Source: Paecilomyces variotii (lineage: Eukaryota). Taken from it: a DNA stretch of 64,000 nt. Shown here in pieces: positions 52,746 to 64,000 of the stretch; within the stretch, counting starts at the first letter, position 1; the number at the start of each line of letters is the position of its first letter. Where the stretch lies: assembly GCA_004022145.1 (NCBI GenBank), contig RCNU01000001.1. One strand, given 5' to 3'. The translations under genes and the position numbers were made by a program. Under the pieces are notes generated by a model. That model did not search any database. It was given only the letters and a program-made list of their open reading frames with translations, and was not told where the DNA came from.

Positions 52746-54112
52746 ATGGACATATTCTGGGCGGCACCTCCTATCTCAAGGTAACATTTCCCTCAACTTT
52801 CCAGTGGATATCCGATCAATGGTCTAATTCTATGTTTTAAACAGGACCATTACAGCACTTACATTCGTGCAGTCTGCTCTGTTCTACGGAGGATTGCTCA
52901 GTGGATATCACTTAGTGTTTCTCCCATGGAATCTTCTCAAACTCCCTCCGCAAATATGGAGACTTGCCACTCCTTTTTTCCTCACAGGGCCGAACATCGG
53001 GTTTCTCTACGACCTCTATTTCAGTATGCGCTTATGATGTTCCAGGCGGAGCGCAACGCTAACCGATACCCAGTGTATACCTATAGCAGCGCTTTAGAGA
53101 ATGATTCTCCCCTCTTCAGCATGCCCGGGGACTACTTCATTTATGTTATTTTTGTAGGCACTGTCATAGTGGTAAGTCATGAGGCTGCTGGATCCAATCT
53201 ACCGCAACTTGAACATGGTCGCTCCATAGAACATGTCCTTGCGCATATCACCCTTGCCTTACTCTTTTATTTGTCACCTCGCATTATCTGCCCGCCCAGC
53301 CTGTTCCTAGCTGCAGCGGTTCCTGGAAACGAGGGAGATTACCCCTGCACCTTGTACAGTCCCTCATTCGCAAAAAAATCCTTAAGGGGCTGTATCGGGT
53401 GTGGGAATGGTGGGATGGCCTATGAGATAGCCGTCGTAAACTATCCGTTTTACGTGCGGTGGTTATGGTGCCCTACATTTATTTCACATACACCAAATCT
53501 ATATTCTTTTCCTAAATATCACTCGTCTTATGCATTCTTAAGTCCTGGGATTTTCCGCGTGGCCCAGCCACAGTATCAGCATTTACTGACATTCCGGAAG
53601 CTCACCGCAGGTTTTCTCTTGGGGGGCTTCGTCTTCACTGGTGGTGAGTGATGTGTTGCGGTAAAGCTGTGTAATGATAATATCCCAAGCTGACCCATGT
53701 AGCACTGATCCTTGCGTTTGCCTATACCTATGCCCAGGAGAACCGGGGTAAGAAGGTGAGGTTCTTTATAATCAATATTCCTGTGGTGTTCCTGCCATGG
53801 GCTATACTCGCCCTCACTCTCGTAACGAAAGGAGGGCATGCAACAGCAGTGGACGGTACCGGTATTCTCGCGGCTCATCTCTATCAATTCCTGGTCCGCA
53901 TCTATCCGGAGTTTGGGGGTGGCAGAAAATTTATCACCACACCTGGTTTTGTCCAGAGATGGTTTGGCGGCAACCGACAGGCCTACCGTACCTATGGAAC
54001 GGCATATAGGCCCCCGCGGCAGCCCTCGCAGGCATCGTCTGGCGGATGGAGTTCGTCCTTCACAGACTCCTGGAGCGCTCGGGGTGCCGGTAGGAGACTG
54101 GGCGGTGATTAG
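52746..54112 (+). CDS. Derlin (Der1/Dfm1-like ERAD rhomboid pseudoprotease), 5 exons
   Basis: MDIFWAAPPISRT, PQIWRLAT (WR motif), YTYSSALE, FLPWAIL, GILAAHLYQFL, C-terminal SHP-like box (W..RGAGRRLGG). Confidence 0.88.
53241..53480 (+). ncRNA. Candidate structured ncRNA inside derlin intron 3
   Basis: Several nested complementary helices with G-U pairs, a GAAA tetraloop and a 3' ACA+3 nt; intron is 429 nt versus about 50-100 nt typical here. Family not identified. Confidence 0.45.
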
Positions 54113-54675
54113 GGTAGGTTTACCAAATACTCCGTCGGTAGGCGTGCATCCATTAGTCGAATATGAGAACCCTATGTACGAGAACAAGAAGCTTGCAATG
54201 TCGCATCAGTTATTCATAGTGAGCGATAATATAATATTAGATTTCTATCGACTATATCTGCAGCGTAGGCCGCCATTTTGCGTTAGATGCGACCACAGTA
54301 GCGTAGAGAATCGGCTGGCATTCTCACTTGTTTACAGCCCGCCCTCTTTTCTTGCTCCTGAGTCCTGACAAGCGATACAAAAAATTACTTTCTAACAGCG
54401 CAAGAAAACTTTAACCGGCGTGGACCATCCAGAATTCCAGACTGACATTGATTGAAGCGTCGGTGGCAGACTGGCCGCTTGAGACTCCGGCGCTAACCCG
54501 ATTTGTCGCTGGAGCTGTTGCCGCACTTCAAAATTTCCTTTACCAAGATCGACAAACTCTTTCCTCGCGACTCAAAGAGCAGCGGTACGCCTTTTCATCC
54601 AGAAGCACCCTCGCTCACCCTCTTCGACTTGCCTTTCAACGGCTCGATTGCAATTTCCTGCACAGGCCGTCCAAA

Positions 54676-56412
54676 ATGGCAGCCGCGGAAAATGGCGATT
54701 TCGCCATCAAGCCTGAGGCGGTGACACCCAACATTCCCACCTCAGAGTGGCCGCTTCTGCTGAAGAATTATGACAAGCGTGAGTATATCTATCATCATGT
54801 TCGGTGCATGGGGTTATCTCTGTGAATGGCAGAGGCTGACTGTTCGGTTTTGCTGCAGTGCTCGTTAGAACCGGTCACTTCACACCAATCCCTGCTGGAT
54901 GCACTCCTTACAAGCGTGACTTGAAGTCTTATATCAGTTCCGGTGTGATCAACCTTGACAAGCCGGCGAACCCCTCCAGTCATGAAGTCGTCGCATGGAT
55001 GAAGCGAATTCTGAGGTAAGATTATAACCAATCAAATGGGAGAGAGCGTTGGACCCTGTGCTAAATTTTCCTCTTCTTTTTTTTTACAGAGTCGAGAAGA
55101 CCGGTCACAGCGGCACTCTGGACCCGAAGGTTACTGGGTGCTTGATCGTCTGTATCGATCGTGCTACTCGTCTCGTGAAGTCGCAGCAGGGTGCTGGTAA
55201 GGAGTACGTTTGCGTTATTCGTCTCCATGACAAGCTTCCCGGCGGTGAGGCGCAATTCGCGCGTGCTCTGGAGACCTTGACTGGTGCTCTCTTCCAGAGA
55301 CCGCCGTTGATCTCCGCCGTCAAGCGTCAACTCCGTATCAGAACTATTCACGAGAGCAAGCTCTACGAGTTTGACAATGACCGACACCTGGGTGTCTTCT
55401 GGGTTAGCTGCGAGGCAGGCACCTATATCCGAACTCTCTGTGTTCACCTGGGTCTGCTCTTGGGTGTTGGTGCCCACATGCAGGAGCTTAGACGTGTGCG
55501 CAGTGGAGCTATGGACGAGCAGGATGGAATGGTTACTCTTCACGATGTTCTGGACGCCCAGTGGTTGATGGACAACCAGCGCGACGAGTCGTACTTGAGA
55601 AAGGTTATCCGCCCGTTGGAGACTCTGCTCACTACGTACAAGCGTATCGTTGTCAAGGACAGTGCCGTCAATGCTGTGTGCTACGGTGCCAAGCTTATGA
55701 TTCCCGGTCTCCTGCGATTTGGTGGGTTTCCTGCATCACAAGGCAGTGTACGAATTTAGCTGACTTTTTTCACAGAGGCTGGTATCGAAGTTGGCGAGGA
55801 GGTCGTTCTTATGACCACCAAGGGTGAGGCTATTGCCCTTGGTATTGCTCAGATGTCTACTGTCGAGCTTTCTACATGCGACCACGGTGTCGTGGCGAAG
55901 GTCAAGCGTTGCATTATGGAGCGTGACTTGTACCCCCGCAGATGGGGTATGGGTCCTGTTGCTCTGGAGAAGAAGAAGCTGAAGTCGGATGGAAAGTTGG
56001 ACGTATGTTAACCCTGGGTATCCAGCGCCGTTTCACCGTGAGTGTACTGACTTCGATGCAGAAATACGGCCGTCCCAACGAGGCCACCCCCGCCAAGTGG
56101 AACAATGAGTACAAGGACTACAACGCTCCCCTGGGAACCACCGAGCAGCCCGCTACCGAGACGACTTCCAAGGAAGATGTCCTATCTGCTCCCCCAGTGC
56201 CGCCAACCGGTGATACCAACGGTGTCCCATCATCCCCAGCTGGCAAGATGGATGTTGATGAGGACAATGACGAGAAGAAGAAGCGGAAGAGACATGAAGG
56301 CGAGACTCCAGAGGAGCGCGCTGAGCGTAAGCGCAAGAAGAAGGAGAAGAAGGAAAAGAAGGAGAGGAGAAAGTCGAAGCAGAAGGAGGACGACAGTGAG
56401 GACAGCGATTAA
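54676..56412 (+). CDS. CBF5: H/ACA pseudouridine synthase Cbf5/dyskerin (multi-exon)
   Basis: [48 protein letters not shown] domain, KKE-rich tail. Confidence 0.97.
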
Positions 56413-56996
56413 ATGCCCCTCAGAGAAGGCGCCCCTCTTGCTCTGTGATGCGCCATTGCTGGACGGGGCTCTTCTACTACCGTGCTCTTTCGGGCGTGTC
56501 GGTCATCTATTGGGACGTGTTCCTGTAACATATGCTGTTTCTTCTTGGGCGGAGTCTCGGAATCATTTTCTTACGTTTGCTCGATCTGGTCAAAAATCTG
56601 TTTCTTCTTTTTTCAGCAAGGACTCAATGGGAAAAAGTGTGTGCAAGAAAACAGTGAAGCTAATTCTGTTAATTGAAATTCCTTCCCAAATGAGCCCATA
56701 CTATTATCCTTTATCTACTTGTAATTCTTGTTGTAGGTTTTGTAGTTGGAGCGACGAGTGAATATGCTGGTGTCATGCTGTGTTGGCGGCGTGCGTGGCC
56801 AGTAGTAGTGATGTAGACTAGAGGACTTACCATACTTATCCCGGGATCTCCACATGCGACCACGCTTATCCCCGGAACTCCCCTCCTCCAACTGCTGCCC
56901 GCTAACAAACTGGCAGTGATCCTTTCAATCTAACATCGGACGACACAGGCATACCAGAATTTACTCCTCTGTGAAGGAGGATCACGTTCCTTCAAT

Positions 56997-58407
56997 ATGG
57001 CTGCAGAGGTCACATCTACAAAACTGAACGCAGAGAGCCATCTCCTTCTGGTACTTCGCCACCAGTTGCTTTCCCCGACTTATTGCATGATCGTCTTTCT
57101 CTAACCTCATACAGGACCAACCCCTACTTCGCCTTCCCCATGAGTTGGCACGCCGAAATTTCAAGTCTGCTCAGCGAGTAATCGAACGTGAGAAGGAATA
57201 TGTACTCCCAGCGCTCAAAGAGGCAGCAAATGCTTCTCTATCCGGAAGCCATGGCCCAGACCAGACCCTCGCCTCCCTCGACGCTATGATATCCCGCATG
57301 CAAGGTCTGAAACGGAAGATGGAGTCCCTACAGGAGGATGAGAAGAAGATCCATATGCAGTCGCGGAAGCGGATACAGCACCTGGAAGATCTTTACAAGA
57401 TCCCCAGTCTCGCTGACGTGAAATATGACGAGTGGTCGCGGGTGCGGCTGGACAGGCTGTTGGTGGATCATATGCTACGTTCGGGGTACACGGAGAGTGC
57501 GAAACAGTTAGCAAAGGAGAAGGGTATCGAAGAACTGGTCGATCTGGGCGTCTTCGTCCAATGTCAGCGCATTGCGGAGAGCTTGCGGAAGGGAGAGGTT
57601 AAGGAAGCGCTCCAGTGGTGTGCGGAGAACAAGGCAGCTTTGAAGAAGAATCAGGTACGTTATGATACGTGTAACCGAAGTGATACAGTCAAAACCGAAC
57701 GATAGAAACTGACTTGCCGTGTAGCATAATCTAGAGTTCGAGCTGAGACTGCAGCAATACATCGAGATCGTGAGGACAGGCCGAAAGGAGAGGTTCCTCG
57801 AAGCCATGCAGCATGCACGAAAGTATCTCGCCCCTCATATCGATACCCAATCCAAACAGATACATCAAGCAGCCGGTCTTCTCGCATTTTCTTCGGGTAC
57901 CAATGCAGAACCCTACAAGGTACGTTTTGTCTCTAGACAGAGGGTTTGCTTAGCATGATCCTAACCGTCTTCTAGTCGATGTACTCGCCAAATAGATGGA
58001 CATATCTCTCAGATCTGTTTATTCGCACCCACCATGAGCTGCTATCGCTACCATCCCGGCCACTTCTCCATATTGCCCTGTCGGCCGGTCTGTCAGCCCT
58101 GAAAACGCCTTCGTGTCACTCTGCATACACCTCTTCGAGTTCCAACGCCCGCTCTACCTCCACTTGTGTATGTCCGATCTGTTCGACAGAGCTCAACGAG
58201 CTTGCACGTAACATGCCATATGCCCATCATACAAAGAGCTACGTCGAGAATGACCCCGTCGTCTTGCCTAACGGCCGGATCTACGGACGGGATCGGTTGA
58301 TGGAGATGAGTCGAAAAGTTAGCTCCGTTGAGGAAGGAAAGGTCAAAGATCCGGTAACTGGGGAAGTATTCGACGAGACAGATCTGAAGAAGGTGTACAT
58401 CACTTGA
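56997..58407 (+). CDS. FYV10: GID/CTLH E3 ligase subunit Fyv10/Gid9 (MAEA)
   Basis: LDQPLLRLPHEL, LisH (RLDRLLVDHMLRSGY), CTLH (EALQWC..NK), LEFELRLQQYIE, AGLSALKTPSC, CPICS, LPNGRIYG. Confidence 0.92.
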
Positions 58408-58511
58408 TGAAATAACGGTATCCAAAGGACATGGATAGGAAATAGTAATTAAATCATTTGAAGATTAGTACATACATTAAGGTACATCATTGATTTTAGT
58501 TAGTCTAGTCT

Positions 58512-59714
58512 CTAAGGACTCTCACTGTCAGAATCGTCTCTGGCCCTCTTCTTCCCACCTGTTTTCCCTTTCTGAACCGACGACTTAGCCGGCTTACTAT
58601 TCTCATTCCCTTTTATCTCGAACACGTACGTCCTTGCCTCTCTTTCCTCCCCTCTCCACCCTCCTCTTCCACCATCGCGGCCCTCGATATGTCCCAGCGT
58701 CCGCGCATGAGAGTAACCAGGATAGGCAGCCCATGGGAACTTGAAGCTCGTAACAACCCGTAGACCGGCATGTCGTGCCAAGTCCCTTATATTCCAAAGG
58801 GTATATGGCTCACCTTCGAACAGTGTGACCACTATCTGGCCCGGTGCTGTCATCTTCGTTTTCCAACGATCCAACTTCGCAGGGACTTTGGCTCTATCAG
58901 ACCCATCCATCTCATCGTTGTCATCATCATCACTATACTCCGACCCGAAATCCTCATCAGAATCCACATCCCCCTCAACATCCATCGGCGTAGAAAGCAA
59001 CGGCAAACAACTCTTGAAGAACGCCACAAGAAGCTCCTGATTCGCACGCACTTGCCGATTCACGTCCGTCGAAAGACCACCAACATGCGGGAAATTAAAG
59101 CATATAACATCCCACGGCCCACCAGTCGTCTGATGGGAATTGCTATCAACGCCGCGTTTAGCGTTCTCCCACGCTACGCGCTGCGGATAGCGTCGTGGAA
59201 AACCAGCGCGGACGAGTTTCCCACCACCGACTGCAGAGCCGAGTTTTCGAGCGTCAACTGAATATAGGACTTTTGGTCCTCGTTTGTCGTGGTGGGTTTG
59301 GGGGTTGTCATTGTTGTCCTTGGGGGGTTGTTTAGTCTCTTCTTCGTCTTCGTCATCATCTTCATTTTCATCGTTGCTCTTTCCAACGGTTTCCTCGAAG
59401 GGGGATTTCTCCCCCCCGGCAGAATCCTCTACTTTCTTCCCTGAAAAAGTAGAAAGGAAGTCCTTGATAGTTTCCTCGACATGGGGATATTTGGAAGATA
59501 GCGTCTCTTTGGAATCATAGCATGTGGCCAGGATGTCCCTACATCGATAATGTAGAGCTAGGGAACGCGCGAATGAGAAGTCTCCTATGTGCATTGTCAG
59601 TGATTTTTATTCTCTCTTTTTTTTTGATAATTCCATCAATGAGCAAAAAAATAATAATAAACAATTGATTTGTAAAAATATAATTAATAAAAAAAACATA
59701 GCAACATCATGCAA

Positions 59715-59748
<34 letters not shown>

Positions 59749-60046
59749 ACAAGTTCAACTCACCCTCCCCAACCAACAAAATCCTATCCTTCTTCCCAAA
59801 CGGCACCGTGACCTTAACATCCTGTTTCGCCTGCTGTGGTTTCACGGAATCATCATTCTTATTATGATTGTTATTATTCTTCCCCCGTCCAGCTATCGAC
59901 CCTGACGAGGTCGATAACTTGGAGAAAGTGTGCATTTTTCTATTACCGCCACCGCCGCTGCCATTTCCGCGAGGATGCTGAGATTTTCGAGCAGGTCCGT
60001 CTGCATGGTTGTAATTGGGGATGCGGGGTTTTTTGGATTTGCCCAT
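58512..60046 (-). CDS. BMT5: 25S rRNA uridine-N3 methyltransferase Bmt5-like (DUF2431), 2 exons
   Basis: RILLVGEGDFSFARSL, ATCYDS, VDARKL, FNFPHVGG, NQELL..FF, VTLFEGEPYTLWNIR, YPGYSHART. Confidence 0.85.
59718..59745. repeat. A28 homopolymer in the BMT5-like intron (poly-U on the sense strand)
   Basis: Direct reading of the sequence. Confidence 0.9.
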
Positions 60047-60882
60047 TTTTCTTTTGGTTGTTTTCTTTTCTTTTTTCTTTTTTCCCCTTATATATATATA
60101 TATTCTGTGACTGTATGTCAGACTGGCAGGGGTATATATTTCACTTGGGAGATGATGTCGCGGGCATCCATATATGATGGGGTTTCCTTTGTGGGTATAG
60201 TAAAAATTTTGGCGCGCGCGCCGATTTAGTCTGGACTCTTGCATGAAGTCGCGTAAATGAAAAGATGCAAGACTACCTACCTACCTTTAGGTCTGGTAAT
60301 TGTATGTACGTACACTCATATGGAGACTCTTTAAAGGAGATGTTTTCAAGATCGAAGAACTGTATTCTATTAGATAATTTTTCCCTTTTTTTTTAACATA
60401 TTCTAGGCGTCAGGCTGCAGACCACCAGAAGAGACACCTTGACATTAAAAAGAAGCAGGCATTCTATACGCCAGATAATTTGTATATACAAGCCCGGATA
60501 GTCCATCCTCACCGATCATGAAACAAACCTCGCCACGACCAAACCAGAAGAATCAAGAAAGATGCAGCGTCATTAATATAAAGTACTGCATAAGTCACAA
60601 TGCAAGAAAATGCAAATCTACACAGACATGCAACGAAACGGGCTGTGTAAATGGAAGGGATGATAGTACAGTTCATCGCGTAACATATCATCCGCAATAG
60701 CCCACTATTCGCTTTCTCAGCCACCAGGTGAGAGAGCCTGGATGAGTCGAATTGGAAGCGTATCGGCAACTCAGACCAGTTTCTCAACCTCACCACACGG
60801 TCGCAGGCGGCATCAAACAAAAGAAGAATTTTCTCGACCATGCAACGTCAAGCATCATCGGATGATGCAAACTACTGATGGT

Positions 60883-62243
60883 TTACGACCTCAGTCCGTC
60901 CCTGATGCTCTGGCTGCTAGCGCTAACCGGGCCCGGGTTGGCCGTGGGCAGGACACCGATCTTCGGCTTAGCGTTCTGCTTAACCTTGGCGATGGCATAC
61001 ACAATACCACTGACGAAACCAACAACGATGGCGGAAACACTGGGGAAGGTAACCGGAGCATCGAAGAAGATCAGACCGGACAGAGCAATGGGAAGCTTGT
61101 TCAACGCGCCAACCATGGAGTATGTCGTCGAGGAGGTGACACGCACACACCATGCGGAGGTGTAGGAGATGAAGACCGAAGAGAGACCGGAAAGAATCAT
61201 GGCCATGATAATGTTGTTGCGGCTTTCCACGGGGAAGTTGCGGTTAATGTTGGCCGAGGACCAATCCTCAGCCAAGAGCGTGAAAACGATGAGGACGGGA
61301 ATAGACAGCAGGTTGTTGTAGAACATGGCTGGGAGATAAGTAGTTAGAAACCGACCACATCCTGAAGACGCAAGACCCACTAGGAATACTTACTGTCAAA
61401 GTCCTTGAAGTTGGTCAGCTTGATACGCTTGCGCATGCCCAGCACATAGGACGAGGTGCACAAGCAGTTGATAAGCATCCAGATGTAACCAGCATTGAGA
61501 GTCGACACCTTGGAAGTAGCATCGGCACCGCTGCTCTCCACGGCATGCTTGATGTCTGCCCAGGCAGCAATGATCGAACTCAGCACCATGAGACCGAAGG
61601 AGAACAAGGTGAGACCCGTAACAGAGCCGCCGAACCAGAGAACCTCACCATATGCGATAAGGATGATGGTCAGGTTCTTGAAAATGGTGTACACGGGTAT
61701 CGAAAGGAACTGCAGAGCCTTGGAGCCAGTGTAGATCATGCCGATGAGAAGGAGGGTGATAGGGAACCCTGAGAGAAAATAGTATCAGCACCAGAACAAG
61801 GAACAAAGGGATTGACCCCTGAAATAAGCATATCAACATACACTTCTTGGCTTCATCTGAGCTGAAATTCCGGTAGGTGATCAGTCCAAATGACTTGCAG
61901 CTTTGAATCGCGACAATGCAGACGATAGACTATTAGAAGAAAGGGTTCAAATCAGCACAGGCGCTTGCAATACAGCTACGTATCAGGGTAAACTCACCTG
62001 GATACAGAGCAAGAAGAAGTTGAGGTTGAAATCCAAGCCCGACAGAACATATTTGTTCATCACCGTCATCAAGATCGATGAACCACAGTATGCGAGAACC
62101 GGGAGAATCGGATTGTTGGAGATAGAGCCCGATGGATGCGTGGATCTTGTCTGGTGCACAGGCGCAGCCTCAAAGGCCTTGCTGCCCTGGTCGAGCTTGT
62201 CCATCTCGATGGTGTAGTCGTCTCTCTTCTTATCTTCGGCCAT
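60883..62243 (-). CDS. VRG4: Golgi GDP-mannose transporter (4 exons)
   Basis: [51 protein letters not shown] (GALNK motif). Confidence 0.95.
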
Positions 62244-63073
62244 GTTGACAATGGTGCTGGTGTACGGAGAAGAGCGAGAGGGTTAACGGAAAACGAGACA
62301 AGAAACGTGGTCGGTCGCGGGACCGCAAGAAGAAGAACTAAGGAACGTGGGAAAGTTGGCCACGAGACGCCCTCCACAAGGTGAGAAAGAAGAAAGAATC
62401 TGGAAGGAAAAAGGGTGCTTCGAACGCGGAAAAGGGACGTTCTGGCAAAGGGATGGAGTTTTGCTGTCCAAAACGTCCGAGTCTCGCCTGGCGCTAATTA
62501 ATTTCCGGCCTGCGACCTCCGGGCGAGGCTCTGCATCTCTCTCTATCACTTATTATTATTGGGGGCGGTTGGGATATTCGACAGCACATACGCCCTCGAT
62601 TCTTAGCTTTGCTTGTTTGTTTTCTACTTCCTATTGCATCTGTTCTATTATCCTTCTTTCAATGATGTCCAGTAACTAAACCCACGGTGGCTGACCTCCG
62701 CGCCCACAGTCCCGCCACCTTCTGATCTAAAAACTGAGACATAAGATATTTTTAATGCAAGACGAGAACCTATGGATTATTATTCCCCCGTACGGTTTAG
62801 TCTTGCCGCCTTCGGCATCGTCGCTCTAGTACGCTGTATTATAATCACTACCGCCTGCTTCACCTTGAATATACTGGTATAGATAAGGCGTGAATTAGCG
62901 TGGTATCATGGAATTCCTCGTCGGCATTATGTATACTGAATTCACTAGGATTGATCAATGCTATCGATCCTCATATTATATTGAATTTAGGGCGGGGGTT
63001 TATCTATATTAGTTTAGGTGGATGTTGGGATTTATAGGGAATATTCTCTTACCCTATTATATATCACTTTCCT

Positions 63074-63490
63074 ATGAAAGAGACGCCAATTAAGTGCGCA
63101 GTTCTGCCGGATGAGCTATATAATTTGAGAGAGATAATTATTAAACGTATAGAGCTAGTGCCAAGGAACGAAGAAAAGATCTATATAGGGGGGAGGATCA
63201 CTAACGCAGTGGAGATCTATAAGAAGAGTATATTTATTCAAGAGGCTTGTCAAGGGATGGATCAGATTTTGTAGTTTTCTCTCTTCTATTTTCATCTCTC
63301 TTTTATTGTTATACTCTAGGGAGATATGATTGTTACGATCCGGACCCAGAGAATCTCATGGCTCTCTTTCGAGAATAAGCTCATCGCCGGGCTTAATATT
63401 GAGGACAGTCGAGAAACTGTGGAGGAGTTAGGTAGAGCCTTTCCTTGGCCTGGTGCCTGGCTTCCTGCCTACTATGCAACATTAGGCATA
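63074..63490 (+). pseudogene. Possible degraded (RIP-like) gene fragment
   Basis: TpA-rich stretch with short protein-like frames and a pyrimidine-rich CTCTAG acceptor-like site; no recognisable family. Confidence 0.2.
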
Positions 63491-63798
63491 TAACAACTGC
63501 TCCTTTTCTTTTTCTGGAACTCAACCTCAATCTCATCTTTCTCCATTTCACTCCAATCCATCATCTCTTGACTCCACGTTTTGTCTCGTCGAGCAACAGT
63601 GTCTATCGCAGATAAACTTCCTTCTGGGGTCTGATAATCTTGCCTTTCCTCGTGTCTAACATCACTTCTCACCCTTACTAGAGCCTCTTCTTTGCTTCTA
63701 TCGAGCTCACTTGTCCATTTCTGACGACCTCATTGTTCTCTTGTCTGACATAGATCTCCGTCTTTTTTAAGCCCGCTTCGCTCTCGAAAGACTTCACC

Positions 63799-64000
63799 AT
63801 GTCTCAGATTGCCCGTCGGGTGCTCAATAGAGCCAGAGCGATGCTGCATTCTCTGAAGGAGAGGCTTACGGAGGAGCCGAATGCACGTCAAGAAGTGGAC
63901 GAAATCTCGGAGGAAATGAACAAACTACTGACCTTGGCAGCTAGCAACTTAAGATTGCCAGACGTAACGGACATGTTTGGTCTGTCGCTAGACAAGCGGT
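63799..64000 (+). CDS. 5' part of a hypothetical protein running off the window
   Basis: CACC-ATG strong context; open to window end: MSQIARRVLNRARAMLHSLKERLTEEPNARQEVDEISEEMNKLLTLAASNLRLPDVTDMFGLSLDKR. Confidence 0.5.
   Translation, partial: MSQIARRVLNRARAMLHSLKERLTEEPNARQEVDEISEEMNKLLTLAASNLRLPDVTDMFGLSLDKR

Noticed and set aside
53311-53317. CTGCAG as an Ire1 cleavage loop in the derlin intron
   Set aside because: Flanks do not form the required closing stem; the motif lies within another helix.
53302-53477. Assignment of the derlin intron RNA to snR30/U17, SRP RNA or RNase P/MRP
   Set aside because: TGTTCCTA and AAACTAT only loosely resemble snR30 m1/m2 and are wrongly spaced from ACA. 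The SRP helix-8 symmetric loop and the P/MRP CR-I/CR-V motifs are not evident.

Overview
Gene-dense, intron-containing fungal DNA, Eurotiomycete-like (Aspergillus/Paecilomyces type, judged from protein similarity and short GT-AG introns with CTRAC branch sites). I can model 26 complete protein-coding genes, mostly conserved housekeeping genes: Rheb, seryl-tRNA synthetase, 3-phosphoglycerate dehydrogenase, Bur1 kinase, NDUFB2-like, P5B ATPase, Nap1, myosin V, ITPase, Fap7, a ZUP1/Mug105-like C78 peptidase, aspartokinase, a Sep1/Hcm1-type forkhead factor, Bud31, Tim8, Rpl25, Bmt2, an Avt1-type transporter, eRF1, prephenate dehydratase, an Htd2-like dehydratase, a derlin, Cbf5, Fyv10, Bmt5-like and a GDP-mannose transporter. 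There is also a partial unknown ORF at the right edge. I see no intact transposon, tRNA, rRNA, CRISPR array or secondary-metabolite cluster. The most interesting signals are non-coding. (1) eRF1 has the full layout of a readthrough/NMD autoregulatory circuit. (2) An unusually long, stop-free, in-frame derlin intron folds into a multi-branched RNA, a candidate intronic ncRNA. (3) The first introns of RPL25 and BUD31 are strongly structured. All gene models and folds were made by eye without tools, so boundaries may be off by a few nt.
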